64,000 bases of DNA, taken from positions 2,464,001 to 2,528,000 of the forward strand of contig OY762654.1 in NCBI GenBank assembly GCA_963666205.1, written 5' to 3'. The translations under genes were made by a program, and so were the position numbers. Below, one piece after another: positions 47,704 to 56,758 of the stretch (position 1 is the first letter of the stretch; each line of letters opens with the position of its first letter). The notes beneath the pieces were generated by a model, which ran no database searches, had not been told where the DNA came from, and saw nothing but the letters and a program-made list of their open reading frames with translations. The stretch is from Synergistales bacterium. Lineage in GTDB: Bacteria; Synergistota; Synergistia; Synergistales; JAFGMB01.

Positions 47704-48261
47704 ATGCAGTACGTAATAGTAGGGATCGGAGGGCAGGGTATCCTTTTTTCCAGCAAGGTCCTGGGCAAGGTGGCCCTTTCCAGAAACGAGAACGTGATGG
47801 GCAGTGAAGTACACGGCATGGCCCAGAGGGGCGGATCCGTCATAAGCCATTTCAAGGTGGGAGATTACAGAAGCCCCCTGGTCAAGAGCGGTGATGCAGA
47901 TGTGCTTCTTGCCTTCGACCAGAATGAGGCGGTAAGGAATCTTCATTTTCTGAAAGACGGAGGCAGTCTCGTGGTCAATATATTTGACGAAGAGGCCTTC
48001 AGGAACGAACATCTCTCCAGCTACCTGGAGAAGCACAGTATAAAGGTTCATACAATTATGGGTTATGAAATTCTCAAGGAACATATGGGAGGGAACTTTC
48101 TTTTCCTCAACGTTCTTATCCTGGGAGCTCTCTGCGGAGCAGAGCTGGGAGACATAACCATGGAAGATGTAAAAGGTGCAATAGAGCAGCTTGCACCGGC
48201 TAAATTCAAGGACGCCAACCTTAAAGTCGTAGATCTTGGATATCAGGCCCTTAAGAGTTAG
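47704..48261 (+). CDS. iorB: Indolepyruvate:ferredoxin oxidoreductase beta subunit, copy 1
   Basis: VG.GGQG and SEVHGMAQRGGSV motifs. Confidence 0.93.
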   Translation: MQYVIVGIGGQGILFSSKVLGKVALSRNENVMGSEVHGMAQRGGSVISHFKVGDYRSPLVKSGDADVLLAFDQNEAVRNLHFLKDGGSLVVNIFDEEAFRNEHLSSYLEKHSIKVHTIMGYEILKEHMGGNFLFLNVLILGALCGAELGDITMEDVKGAIEQLAPAKFKDANLKVVDLGYQALKS

Positions 48262-48277
48262 TCATAATGTAACTTTC

Positions 48278-48305
48278 AGGGGGAGCCCTTTGCGGCTCCC
48301 CCTTT
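48278..48305 (+). terminator. Terminator after iorB copy 1
   Basis: AGGGGGAGCC-ctttgc-GGCTCCCCCT-TT. Confidence 0.8.
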
Positions 48306-48620
48306 CCTATTGCATGAGTCGAAATATATAATCAAAAACGAAAAATATGCATAAATGAAAATCTTTAATCAGGCCTGAATCCATTATTCATAAATAATCA
48401 AGAACCAATCGAAGATAACTGGGAAATATGATAACTTTTGGATGGTTAGGGAAAATCTATTTGGCTTATTAAAAGTATATTTAATTCTGGATATGTTTAA
48501 CAATGTCTGTTCAACAAAGATGGTTTCTTCACCAATGGTTGATTCACTTCAAAAGGCCATAAAAAAAGAGGTTACCGAAATTGACTAACTAATCTTAATA
48601 ACCTCATTCATTCCTAGAAA

Positions 48621-48708
48621 TGGCGGAGGGCAGAGGATTCGAACCCCTGAGAGCTTGCACCCTAATTGATTTCAAGTCAACCGCCTTCGACCACTCGGCC
48701 AGCCCTCC
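48621..48708 (-). tRNA. tRNA-Ser (anticodon TGA)
   Basis: Minus strand GGAGGGCTGGCCGAGTGGTCGAAGGCGGTTGACT-TGA-AATCAA...GGTTCGAATCCTCTGCCCTCCGCCA; long variable arm; encoded CCA. Confidence 0.96.
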
Positions 48709-48830
48709 GTGCCGATATATTATATACACCCTTTCTGAAATAGCCAAGTCTTTTTTCCAAAAATAATTATTCCAACATGTATAATTATTATCAATAACAA
48801 GCTAATTTTCTCTCCAGGGAGGTTTTATGC

Positions 48831-49244
48831 ATGGATCTTGAAAAAATTGCAGAAAAATATCTTTGCTCCGGTGGTTCAGTAGCTGTTATAGGGGCTTCGA
48901 CAAAGAAAGAAAGAACTTCCTTCAGGATAGTTGAGTTTCTCAAAGAGCGTGGTGTGACTGTCTTTCCCGTTAACCCTTCTTATATGGGCCAGGAAATTGC
49001 AGGGTCTTCCTTTTTTGCTTCCATAAACGATATTGAGAAAGAACTGGATATTGTTGATATCGTTGTCTCACCCAAATTTCAGGGGGAAATTGAGGAGGAT
49101 CTTATAAACCTTGGTTATAAGCCGGTAGTCTGGTTCCAGCCTGGGGCAGAAAATACGGAATTGGAAAAATCTCTTTCGGGAAAGGGATTTACCGTTGTCA
49201 GGGATGCATGCATCATGGTTGTTCAGGATCTTTATTGTTCGTAG
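48831..49244 (+). CDS. CoA-binding protein (YccU-like)
   Basis: VAVIGAS....R.S, V.PVNP, DIVDI, VWFQPGA, VV.D.C motifs. Confidence 0.9.
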   Translation: MDLEKIAEKYLCSGGSVAVIGASTKKERTSFRIVEFLKERGVTVFPVNPSYMGQEIAGSSFFASINDIEKELDIVDIVVSPKFQGEIEEDLINLGYKPVVWFQPGAENTELEKSLSGKGFTVVRDACIMVVQDLYCS

Positions 49245-49248
49245 TTTA

Positions 49249-49290
49249 AAAAGAGTCAGAAAGAATTGAATTAAACATTCTGACTCTTTT
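49249..49290 (+). terminator. Terminator-like hairpin
   Basis: AAAAGAGTCAGAA...TTCTGACTCTTTT. Confidence 0.65.
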
Positions 49291-49354
49291 CTATTTGTCT
49301 TATCTATAGTATATAATCATAATCAGATCATCCGTTCGATTAGGAGGAGTTCCC

Positions 49355-49795
49355 TTGCCCCTTGAAGTAGTGATCTGCAGGCGTGTTCGTTACGGAGAAA
49401 CAGACCAGATGGGTGTAGCCTATTATGCCAATTACCTTACCTGGTTTGAGATCGGCCGGACTGAGTTCTGCCGGGAACTTGGAAGGCCCTATTCGTTCTG
49501 GGAAAAGGAAGGGATATTCCTTCCTGTAGTTGAAGCACACTGCAGATACAAACGCCCAGCCATGTATGATGACGAGATCCTTATCAGAACAGGTATAACC
49601 AGTCTAAAAAAATACAGTCTCCAGTTCCAGTGTCACATTGCGAAAAAGAATGACGGGAAGGTCCTTGCTGAAGGATGGACCCGTCATGGTATCGTTGATA
49701 GAGAAGGCAAGTTGATAAAGGGGGCCAATCTATTTATGGATTGGGTCAGAAGTGTGATCGAAAACGATAACGGAGGTGGAGTAACAGTTGAGTAA
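49355..49795 (+). CDS. Acyl-CoA thioesterase (YbgC/4-HBA-CoA thioesterase family)
   Basis: RVRY.ETDQMGV.YY.NY..WFE.GR.E and PVVE..C.Y..PA.YDD motifs; stop overlaps the iorA start. Confidence 0.92.
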   Translation: MPLEVVICRRVRYGETDQMGVAYYANYLTWFEIGRTEFCRELGRPYSFWEKEGIFLPVVEAHCRYKRPAMYDDEILIRTGITSLKKYSLQFQCHIAKKNDGKVLAEGWTRHGIVDREGKLIKGANLFMDWVRSVIENDNGGGVTVE

Positions 49796-51647
49796 CCGAG
49801 CGATATTACTTGGAAATGAGGCGATCGCCCGCGGAATAGTGGAGGCGGGCTGTCTTGTTGCGACGGCCTATCCGGGGACGCCGTCATCGGAGATACTTCC
49901 AGCGGTTGCGAAGTTTGCAGATGAACTGGGTACGAAGACAGCAGTTGAATGGGGAGCCAACGAGAAGGTAGCCTTCGAGATGGCAGCATCTGCGTCTTTC
50001 ACCGGGATAAGGACCTGTGCAGTGATGAAACAGGTAGGGCTCAACGTGGCAGCAGATCCATTCATGAGTGCCGCCCACTTTGACCTTAAGGGCGGAATGC
50101 TGCTTGTGGTGGCGGATGATCCCGGCCCCCACAGTTCCCAGACCGAACAGGATACCCGTTTCTTTGCCATGTTTGCCAAGGTGCCCTGTTTCGACCCGTC
50201 AACGGCAGCAGAGGCGAAGGAGATGGTATTTGACGGGTTTGACCTCTCGGAGAAGCACAACATAATAACCATACTTCGCCCCAGTGTACGTGTTGACCAT
50301 TGCCGGCAGGACGTGGAGCTCAAGGAAGTCATATCAGTTGATAATAAAATGAACTTCGAAAAGGACCCCTCCAGATGGGTCTGCCTACCCGCAAGGGTGA
50401 GGGTGAACCATCCCAGGCTGAACGCAAAGCTTGAAGCCATAAGGGAAGACTTTGAGAGTAGCTACAGTAAGTATAACTATGAAGTTCCCTCGAAGGGAAA
50501 GGCAGAACTTGGTATCATCGCGTCCGGAGTATCCTTCTCTATAGTAATGGACATTCTCAAATCCTGGGGCAGGGAAGACATCTCCGTCCTCAAGATAGGC
50601 ACCCCCCATCCATTGCCCCTCAGGATGGTGGATGAGTTCGTAAAAAGACATGAAAACGTGGTTGTCATTGAGGAAACATATCCCGTAGTTGAAATGCAGA
50701 TCCCCGACAGGACAAAGGTCAAGGGAAGATGGAACGGATATGTCCCGAAAGCAGGGGAACTTCTTCCAGAAGTAATCGAGGAGATAATCCTTAAATGTCT
50801 GGGAGAGAAAGCAGCAGCAGGGGGAGCGGATCCGGATCTCAAGGCAGCCCTAGAGGACCTGGCCATAACGCCCCGCAAGCCCATGCTCTGCCCCGGCTGT
50901 CCCCACAGGGCCAGTTTCTTCTCCATCCGCCAGGCCCTTCCCAAGGCGGTAAATCCCTCTGACATAGGCTGTTACACCCTTGGAGTTAACCAGAAGGGAG
51001 TAGACGCCGTAATGGACATGGGAGGATCTGTGACCATGGCATCCGGATTCTACCTTGCCCATAAAGTGGCAGGTGAAGACCGTCCCATAGTGACCACCAT
51101 AGGTGATTCCACCTTCTTCCACATGGGACTGCCCGGCCTGGCAAGTGCCGTCTACAATAAACATGCCTTTGTTCTGGCTATTCTCGACAACAGCATAACC
51201 GCCATGACGGGAGGCCAGTCCCATCCCGGAATAGGAGCCAAGCTCCGCAAGGGAGAAGAGGGACGGGTAGTGGAGATAGAGGGAGCCTGCAGAGGTTGTG
51301 GAGTTAAATATATAAAGGTTATCAAAGCCTACGACATAGAAGAAGGCAAGGAGACCGTAAAGGAAGCCTGGGAATATGCGAAGGAACATGAAGAGCCTGC
51401 AGTGGTGATATTCAAACACCCCTGCATGCTTCTGAGAAGACCCCAGGAGAAAATACAGGTTTATGTGGATCCGGAGAAATGCATAGGCTGTAAATTCTGC
51501 ATCAACTTCTTCAACTGTCCCGGTCTTGTCTTCGATGAAGAGAAGAAGAAGGCTTACATAGATGAACGTTTCTGTGTGCAGTGCGGAGTATGTGAGAACG
51601 TATGTCCCCACGGGGCTATCCTCAAGGTAGAAGGGGAGGAGGCATAG
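49788..51647 (+). CDS. iorA: Indolepyruvate:ferredoxin oxidoreductase alpha subunit, copy 2
   Basis: Translation identical to 45841-47700. Confidence 0.95.
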   Translation: MSNRAILLGNEAIARGIVEAGCLVATAYPGTPSSEILPAVAKFADELGTKTAVEWGANEKVAFEMAASASFTGIRTCAVMKQVGLNVAADPFMSAAHFDLKGGMLLVVADDPGPHSSQTEQDTRFFAMFAKVPCFDPSTAAEAKEMVFDGFDLSEKHNIITILRPSVRVDHCRQDVELKEVISVDNKMNFEKDPSRWVCLPARVRVNHPRLNAKLEAIREDFESSYSKYNYEVPSKGKAELGIIASGVSFSIVMDILKSWGREDISVLKIGTPHPLPLRMVDEFVKRHENVVVIEETYPVVEMQIPDRTKVKGRWNGYVPKAGELLPEVIEEIILKCLGEKAAAGGADPDLKAALEDLAITPRKPMLCPGCPHRASFFSIRQALPKAVNPSDIGCYTLGVNQKGVDAVMDMGGSVTMASGFYLAHKVAGEDRPIVTTIGDSTFFHMGLPGLASAVYNKHAFVLAILDNSITAMTGGQSHPGIGAKLRKGEEGRVVEIEGACRGCGVKYIKVIKAYDIEEGKETVKEAWEYAKEHEEPAVVIFKHPCMLLRRPQEKIQVYVDPEKCIGCKFCINFFNCPGLVFDEEKKKAYIDERFCVQCGVCENVCPHGAILKVEGEEA

Positions 51648-51650
51648 AAC

Positions 51651-52208
51651 ATGCAGTACGTAATAGTAGGGATCGGAGGGCAGGGTATCCTTTTTTCCAG
51701 CAAGGTCCTGGGCAAGGTGGCCCTTTCCAGAAACGAGAACGTGATGGGCAGTGAAGTACACGGCATGGCCCAGAGGGGCGGATCCGTCATAAGCCATTTC
51801 AAGGTGGGAGATTACAGAAGCCCCCTGGTCAAGAGCGGTGATGCAGATGTGCTTCTTGCCTTCGACCAGAATGAGGCGGTAAGGAATCTTCATTTTCTGA
51901 AAGACGGAGGCAGTCTCGTGGTCAATATATTTGACGAAGAGGCCTTCAGGAACGAACATCTCTCCAGCTACCTGGAGAAGCACAGTATAAAGGTTCATAC
52001 AATTATGGGTTATGAAATTCTCAAGGAACATATGGGAGGGAACTTTCTTTTCCTCAACGTTCTTATCCTGGGAGCTCTCTGCGGAGCAGAGCTGGGAGAC
52101 ATAACCATGGAAGATGTAAAAGGTGCAATAGAGCAGCTTGCACCGGCTAAATTCAAGGACGCCAACCTTAAAGTCGTAGATCTTGGATATCAGGCCCTTA
52201 AGAGTTAG
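51651..52208 (+). CDS. iorB: Indolepyruvate:ferredoxin oxidoreductase beta subunit, copy 2
   Basis: Translation identical to 47704-48261. Confidence 0.93.
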   Translation: MQYVIVGIGGQGILFSSKVLGKVALSRNENVMGSEVHGMAQRGGSVISHFKVGDYRSPLVKSGDADVLLAFDQNEAVRNLHFLKDGGSLVVNIFDEEAFRNEHLSSYLEKHSIKVHTIMGYEILKEHMGGNFLFLNVLILGALCGAELGDITMEDVKGAIEQLAPAKFKDANLKVVDLGYQALKS

Positions 52209-52734
52209 TCATAATGTAACTTTCAGGGGGAGCCGTAAAGGGCTCCCCCTTTCCTATTGCAGGAAAGCCTTTACCCTGGTCGAAACGTTACTAGTTCTTT
52301 CTATCATCACATCTATGGTTGGCGTCCTTCTTCTTTCAGCGCATTCTTCATGGTTGGAACCAGGTAATGAAAAGGCAGTTGCCAGGGAGGCAGAATATTT
52401 CTCCAGATGGGTGGACAATATTGTTTTAAAGGCCTGTCTGAACAAACGTTCTTTCCAATTCATTTATTTACCCTGTTCTACACCTGTTTCAAAGATCTAT
52501 GTAAAATGGCCTTATAACAACAGTATGGAAGTTTATGATTCAGAGGGAAAGTGTTATTTTACAGTGAGAGGAAGCAGTGTTACACAGGCTACATACAGTC
52601 CACAGTGGCACACCATCTCTCCAGGGTTTACCCTTAAGGCAGTGGTGTCTCCTTCAAAGACCGGGGCAGTCAAGTATGTAAGGATATCGCCATACTCTCT
52701 GGTCTCTGTGACTGATGATCCGCCCCTTTACTGA
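52183..52734 (+). CDS. Prepilin-type N-terminal cleavage/methylation domain protein (start uncertain)
   Basis: RKA|FTLVETLLVLSII is a class III signal peptide motif. Confidence 0.7.
   Translation: MDIRPLRVSHNVTFRGSRKGLPLSYCRKAFTLVETLLVLSIITSMVGVLLLSAHSSWLEPGNEKAVAREAEYFSRWVDNIVLKACLNKRSFQFIYLPCSTPVSKIYVKWPYNNSMEVYDSEGKCYFTVRGSSVTQATYSPQWHTISPGFTLKAVVSPSKTGAVKYVRISPYSLVSVTDDPPLY
52225..52252 (+). terminator. Terminator after iorB copy 2
   Basis: AGGGGGAGCC-gtaaag-GGCTCCCCCT-TT. Confidence 0.75.
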
Positions 52735-52845
52735 TTGCAGTTTTCAAATGTAAAGTGTATAACTTATAAAGTTTAATTCACAATTCTCTGATAAGATTAA
52801 TTAATGACGGATATATCTGCAGAGTTTCTGAAGGGAGTTTTATTA

Positions 52846-53367
52846 ATGGCAGCAACTGTTGCAAAGCCATGGTGGCGTGAGACTATAGAGACTGTTCTGT
52901 GGGCTCTGGTAATAGCTCTGATATTACGGACTTTTGTGATACAGGCATTCTGGATCCCAAGCAGATCCATGGTCCCAACCCTGCAGGTAAATGACAGGGT
53001 TCTGGTGGCCAAATTCTGGTACCATGTCCAGCCACCAGAAAGAGGGCAGATATTTGTTTTCAAGTATCCTGTTGATCCCAAGAGGGATTTTGTAAAACGG
53101 ATCATAGGTCTTCCTGGAGATACTCTCGCCATAAAGGATGGAATTGTTTATATCAACAATGAACCTATTCCGGAGGAGTATGTTAAATTCCATGATTCTT
53201 ATTCTATGGATCCAATTGATATTCCTGAAGACAGCTTTTTTGCGATGGGCGATAACCGGCCTAATTCGGCAGATAGCCGTTTCTGGGGATTTGTTCCGAA
53301 AAAAAATATTCGGGGTCCCGTATTTTTTCGATATTGGCCTTTGAACAGGATAGGTATGGTGGAATAG
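52846..53367 (+). CDS. lepB: Signal peptidase I
   Basis: IPS.SM.PTL, F.YP.DP..DFVKRIIGLPGD, MGDNR.NS.DSR.WG motifs. Confidence 0.95.
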   Translation: MAATVAKPWWRETIETVLWALVIALILRTFVIQAFWIPSRSMVPTLQVNDRVLVAKFWYHVQPPERGQIFVFKYPVDPKRDFVKRIIGLPGDTLAIKDGIVYINNEPIPEEYVKFHDSYSMDPIDIPEDSFFAMGDNRPNSADSRFWGFVPKKNIRGPVFFRYWPLNRIGMVE

Positions 53368-53368
53368 T

Positions 53369-54226
53369 TTGTCCAGAACTGTCTGGTACCCCGGCCATAT
53401 GGCTAAAGGTAAAAGAAAACTGGAAGAGCTGGCCGGTAAACTGGATCTGATCATTGAAGTTAGAGATGCAAGAGCTCCAGGGGTGACTTCCTCTCCTATG
53501 ATAGGACAGTTATCTCGGATAAAGCCCGTATGGTACATTCTCTCCAAAAGTGATCTTGCAGATGAGGATAGCACCCGAGAATGGATTTCTTTCCTGAGGA
53601 AGAAAAAACAGAAGGTGTGGGCCTGTGATCTTCTTAAAGGCAGGATCGATGTGGTCAAAAAAGCAATACTTGAAAAAAAACCATCTCACCGGGAGATACG
53701 ACTGGCAGTAGTTGGTATTCCTAATGTTGGGAAATCCATTTTCCTGAATCTTCTGGTAGGTAAAAAATCAGCACCGGTTGGAGGAATTCCCGGCATTACA
53801 AGGGGTGTTTCCTGGTATAAGGGACAGGGGTTTCTGGTTGTGGATTCTCCTGGTATTCTGGATCCGAAATCGGGTGATATGGTCCATAAGTGTCTGGCGT
53901 GGCTCGGGTCAAGTAAAGTTGACGTTATTGGGGGTTATGACCTTCTGGGCATGGAACTTCTGGATTATATAAAAATCAAAGGATTGTGGCCAATGATTGA
54001 ACGGTCATGGAATATCCCCTTTCAGCAGGAGGACACTCTGGTTTCCCTGGAAAGGGTGGGAAGAAGGCTGGGATGCCTTGTTTCAGGAGGAGAGGTTAAC
54101 CTTGAAATGGCTGGCAGACGCCTGATAGATTCTTTCAGTACGGGAAAACTCGGCAGGCTGACCCTGGAACTTCCAGGCGAAACCAATATCTGGGATGAAG
54201 AAGATCATGATAGCCGGAGTCGATGA
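53369..54226 (+). CDS. rbgA: Ribosome biogenesis GTPase RbgA/YlqF
   Basis: WYPGHMAK, EVRDARAP, K.DLAD, VGIPNVGKS, PGITR, D.PGIL motifs. Confidence 0.93.
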   Translation: MSRTVWYPGHMAKGKRKLEELAGKLDLIIEVRDARAPGVTSSPMIGQLSRIKPVWYILSKSDLADEDSTREWISFLRKKKQKVWACDLLKGRIDVVKKAILEKKPSHREIRLAVVGIPNVGKSIFLNLLVGKKSAPVGGIPGITRGVSWYKGQGFLVVDSPGILDPKSGDMVHKCLAWLGSSKVDVIGGYDLLGMELLDYIKIKGLWPMIERSWNIPFQQEDTLVSLERVGRRLGCLVSGGEVNLEMAGRRLIDSFSTGKLGRLTLELPGETNIWDEEDHDSRSR

Positions 54227-54770
54227 AGCAGGGCGAGGCCCTCTCGCCGGACCTGTTGTTGCTGCTGCCGTTGTTTTAACTGAAATACAGAAAAAAACCC
54301 TTCAGAATATGGGGTTGACTGATTCAAAAAAATTATCCCCGAAAAAAAGAGAGAAAATCATGGCAGCCATGCTTGATATGGGTGTTGTGTGGAGAGCACA
54401 GGCTGCTTCAAATTTCAGGATAGACAGGATGAATATCCTGCAGGCATCACTCTGGGCCATGGGAAAGGCTGTTGACGGCCTTCCCTGTATTTTTTCCAGG
54501 GTGATCGTTGATGGAACTTTTGAAATTCCGCATCTCCCTTTTGCTCAGGAGGCTCTTCCCAGGGCAGATCTTCTGGTCCCGGAAGTGGCTGCTGCCTCTG
54601 TCTTTGCAAAGGTATTAAGGGATCGTGTCATGGTGGTTCTTGACAGGTTGTATCCCGGGTACGGTTTTGCCAAACACAAGGGATATCCTACTAAAGATCA
54701 TACGGAAGCCCTTGCAAGACTGGGAGTTTCCTCTGTGCACAGGTTATCCTTTTCCTGGAAAAAACAGTAA
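54195..54770 (+). CDS. rnhB: Ribonuclease HII
   Basis: GVDEAGRGPLAGPVVAAAV, DSKKLS, AAAS..AKV.RD, KHKGYPT motifs. Confidence 0.96.
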   Translation: MKKIMIAGVDEAGRGPLAGPVVAAAVVLTEIQKKTLQNMGLTDSKKLSPKKREKIMAAMLDMGVVWRAQAASNFRIDRMNILQASLWAMGKAVDGLPCIFSRVIVDGTFEIPHLPFAQEALPRADLLVPEVAAASVFAKVLRDRVMVVLDRLYPGYGFAKHKGYPTKDHTEALARLGVSSVHRLSFSWKKQ

Positions 54771-54887
54771 AAGACTTTAGAACTGTTTCAAGAAGAAGTT
54801 TTAAGAGGACTCGGAATTTAACAGGTTCCTCTCCCCATTTTTCTGTTCAAAAGGGTAAATGAATTCTTTTCATCGAGGTGGATTCGC

Positions 54888-55256
54888 ATGGCCGATCATC
54901 TTTTACTTGGTAAGTGGGGAGAAGATCTTGCCGAAAAGAAGTTAAAGGAACAGGGGTGGAAGATCCTCGGGAGAAATATTTCCTTTAAAGGCGGAGAACT
55001 TGACATCGTAGCGAGAGATAAGAAGGAACTCGTGATTGTGGAAGTGCGGACCCGTACCTTTGGGAAAATAATGCCTCCCGAGTGTTCTGTGGGCCCGGAT
55101 AAATTGAGAAAACTTGTCCGGACCGGTCAGTATTATGTCCTCAAGAACAAATGGGAAGGGCCATGGAGAATTGATCTTATAGCGATCACGGTAGAAGAAA
55201 ATGAAAATGTGAGGATCGAACATTTCCCCGACATTACATACGGAGGTGCCTACTGA
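54888..55256 (+). CDS. YraN family (UPF0102) protein
   Basis: G..GE..A...L...G..IL.RN, GELDIVA, VEV.TR motifs. Confidence 0.92.
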   Translation: MADHLLLGKWGEDLAEKKLKEQGWKILGRNISFKGGELDIVARDKKELVIVEVRTRTFGKIMPPECSVGPDKLRKLVRTGQYYVLKNKWEGPWRIDLIAITVEENENVRIEHFPDITYGGAY

Positions 55257-56758
55257 TGAACGCTGTTCTAGGGGTAACGTTAAAAGGCGTTGATGCCATA
55301 AAGGTTGAAGTTGAGGTTGAAATAACAGGCGGTCTATTTGCAATTTCAATAGTTGGCCTTCCGGATGCTGCAGTTAGGGAATCAAAGGAGAGGGTTCGTG
55401 CTGCACTGAGAACCATGGGTATCCCCATTCGTGGAAGAGTTGCTGTTAATCTGGCTCCTGCCGACCTTCCCAAGGAAGGTGCCCTTCTAGACCTTCCAAT
55501 TGCAGTAGGGATGGCAAAAAGCACAGGGGCCCTCAGTTTTTCAAGACCCTCTGTCTTTATGGGAGAACTTGCCCTTGACGGAAGGTTGCGTGCAGTCAGG
55601 GGAGCGGTTCCTGCAGCCATAATGGCAAGAGAAAAGGGACTGGACCTTTTCATTCCTGAAGGCAATGCCCATGAAGTGTCGCTGGTACATGGAGTGAATG
55701 CCTTTAAAGTTCCGGACCTGAGGTCTCTTATCGATTATTTTCGTGGTGATGTAGAACTTCAGAGAGTCAAGAATGACTTTAAGGCTGAGAAACAGAAAAA
55801 AATAGAACCGGATTTTTCTGATATCAAGGGTCAGGCTGCTGCAAAGAGAGCTCTTGAAATCGCAGCAGCGGGTCATCATAACGTTCTGCTTATCGGTTCG
55901 CCCGGAAGTGGGAAAACCCTTCTTGCCCGGGCTCTTCGAGGCATATTGCCACCCCTGTCAGATGAAGAACTGATGGAAGTAATGTTAGTCAGGAGTACGG
56001 TTGGTATCAGATGCAGTAAAGGAAGGGAGCGCCCCTTTCGACCCATCCACCATACCGCCAGTGCAGTGGCTATTTGTGGTGGAGGTACAAATCTGAGGCC
56101 TGGCGAGATCAGTCTTGCTCATAGAGGAGTTCTTTTCCTGGATGAGTTCACAGAGTTCAGAAGAGACCTTCTTGAATCGTTGAGACAACCCCTTGAAGAT
56201 GGAGAGATAGTGGTAAGCCGCTCTGCAGGTTCTGTGACCTACCCTGCACAGGTCCTCCTGGCAGTAGCCTGTAATCCCTGTCCGTGTGGATGGTTTGGAG
56301 ATCCGGTGGAACAGTGCAGATGTTCCTCCAATGAGATAGAGAGGTATCAGAAAAAACTCTCGGGTCCGATCCTTGACCGTATTGATCTATATGTTCCCGT
56401 GCCCAGACTTACTCCTGAAGAACTATTGAGCCTTGAAGGGAAATGTGGAGAAAACAGTGAGACTATAAGGGAAAGGGTATGCAGGGCAAGGTCCCTTCAG
56501 TTAGAAAGGTGGTCCGATATCGGATCAGGCTCAAATTCTGAACTTCCGGAAAAGATCCTGAGGACCCGCCTCGGTCTTTCACGGGATGCAAGGTCTTTTC
56601 TTGGAAGTGTAGCTGGTACACTGAAGCTCTCAGGAAGAGGTATCAGTAGAGTTCTCAAAGTGTCCCGTACCATCGCTGATCTGGATAGTGCTGTGGAAAT
56701 CTCAACAGCCCATATATCCGAAGCCCTGGCTTACAGGCAGACTGGATTTCTTTCATGA
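55256..56758 (+). CDS. comM: YifB family Mg-chelatase-like AAA ATPase (ComM)
   Basis: VGLPD.AV.ES.ERV, NLAPAD..K.G, GELALDG, GSPGSGKT, PGEISLAHRGVLFLDE, NPCPCG motifs. Confidence 0.93.
   Translation: MNAVLGVTLKGVDAIKVEVEVEITGGLFAISIVGLPDAAVRESKERVRAALRTMGIPIRGRVAVNLAPADLPKEGALLDLPIAVGMAKSTGALSFSRPSVFMGELALDGRLRAVRGAVPAAIMAREKGLDLFIPEGNAHEVSLVHGVNAFKVPDLRSLIDYFRGDVELQRVKNDFKAEKQKKIEPDFSDIKGQAAAKRALEIAAAGHHNVLLIGSPGSGKTLLARALRGILPPLSDEELMEVMLVRSTVGIRCSKGRERPFRPIHHTASAVAICGGGTNLRPGEISLAHRGVLFLDEFTEFRRDLLESLRQPLEDGEIVVSRSAGSVTYPAQVLLAVACNPCPCGWFGDPVEQCRCSSNEIERYQKKLSGPILDRIDLYVPVPRLTPEELLSLEGKCGENSETIRERVCRARSLQLERWSDIGSGSNSELPEKILRTRLGLSRDARSFLGSVAGTLKLSGRGISRVLKVSRTIADLDSAVEISTAHISEALAYRQTGFLS

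Larger units (their letters stand above)
45822..48314. repeat. Direct repeat copy 1 (~2.49 kb) containing iorAB and its terminator
   Basis: Matches 49769-52261 at offset 3947; sense and antisense ORF translations are identical. Confidence 0.95.
49769..52261. repeat. Direct repeat copy 2 (~2.49 kb) containing iorAB and its terminator
   Basis: Matches 45822-48314. Confidence 0.95.

Noticed and set aside
46903-48084. 393-aa antisense ORF (and its twin at 50850-52031), plus other long antisense ORFs such as 59251-60285
   Set aside because: They are shadows of well-supported iorAB and topA genes, with no recognisable motifs.
48621-48708. tRNA as tRNA-Sec, or as an island integration site
   Set aside because: The anticodon is TGA (Ser), not TCA. 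I found no duplicated tRNA 3' end and no integrase on its 3' side.
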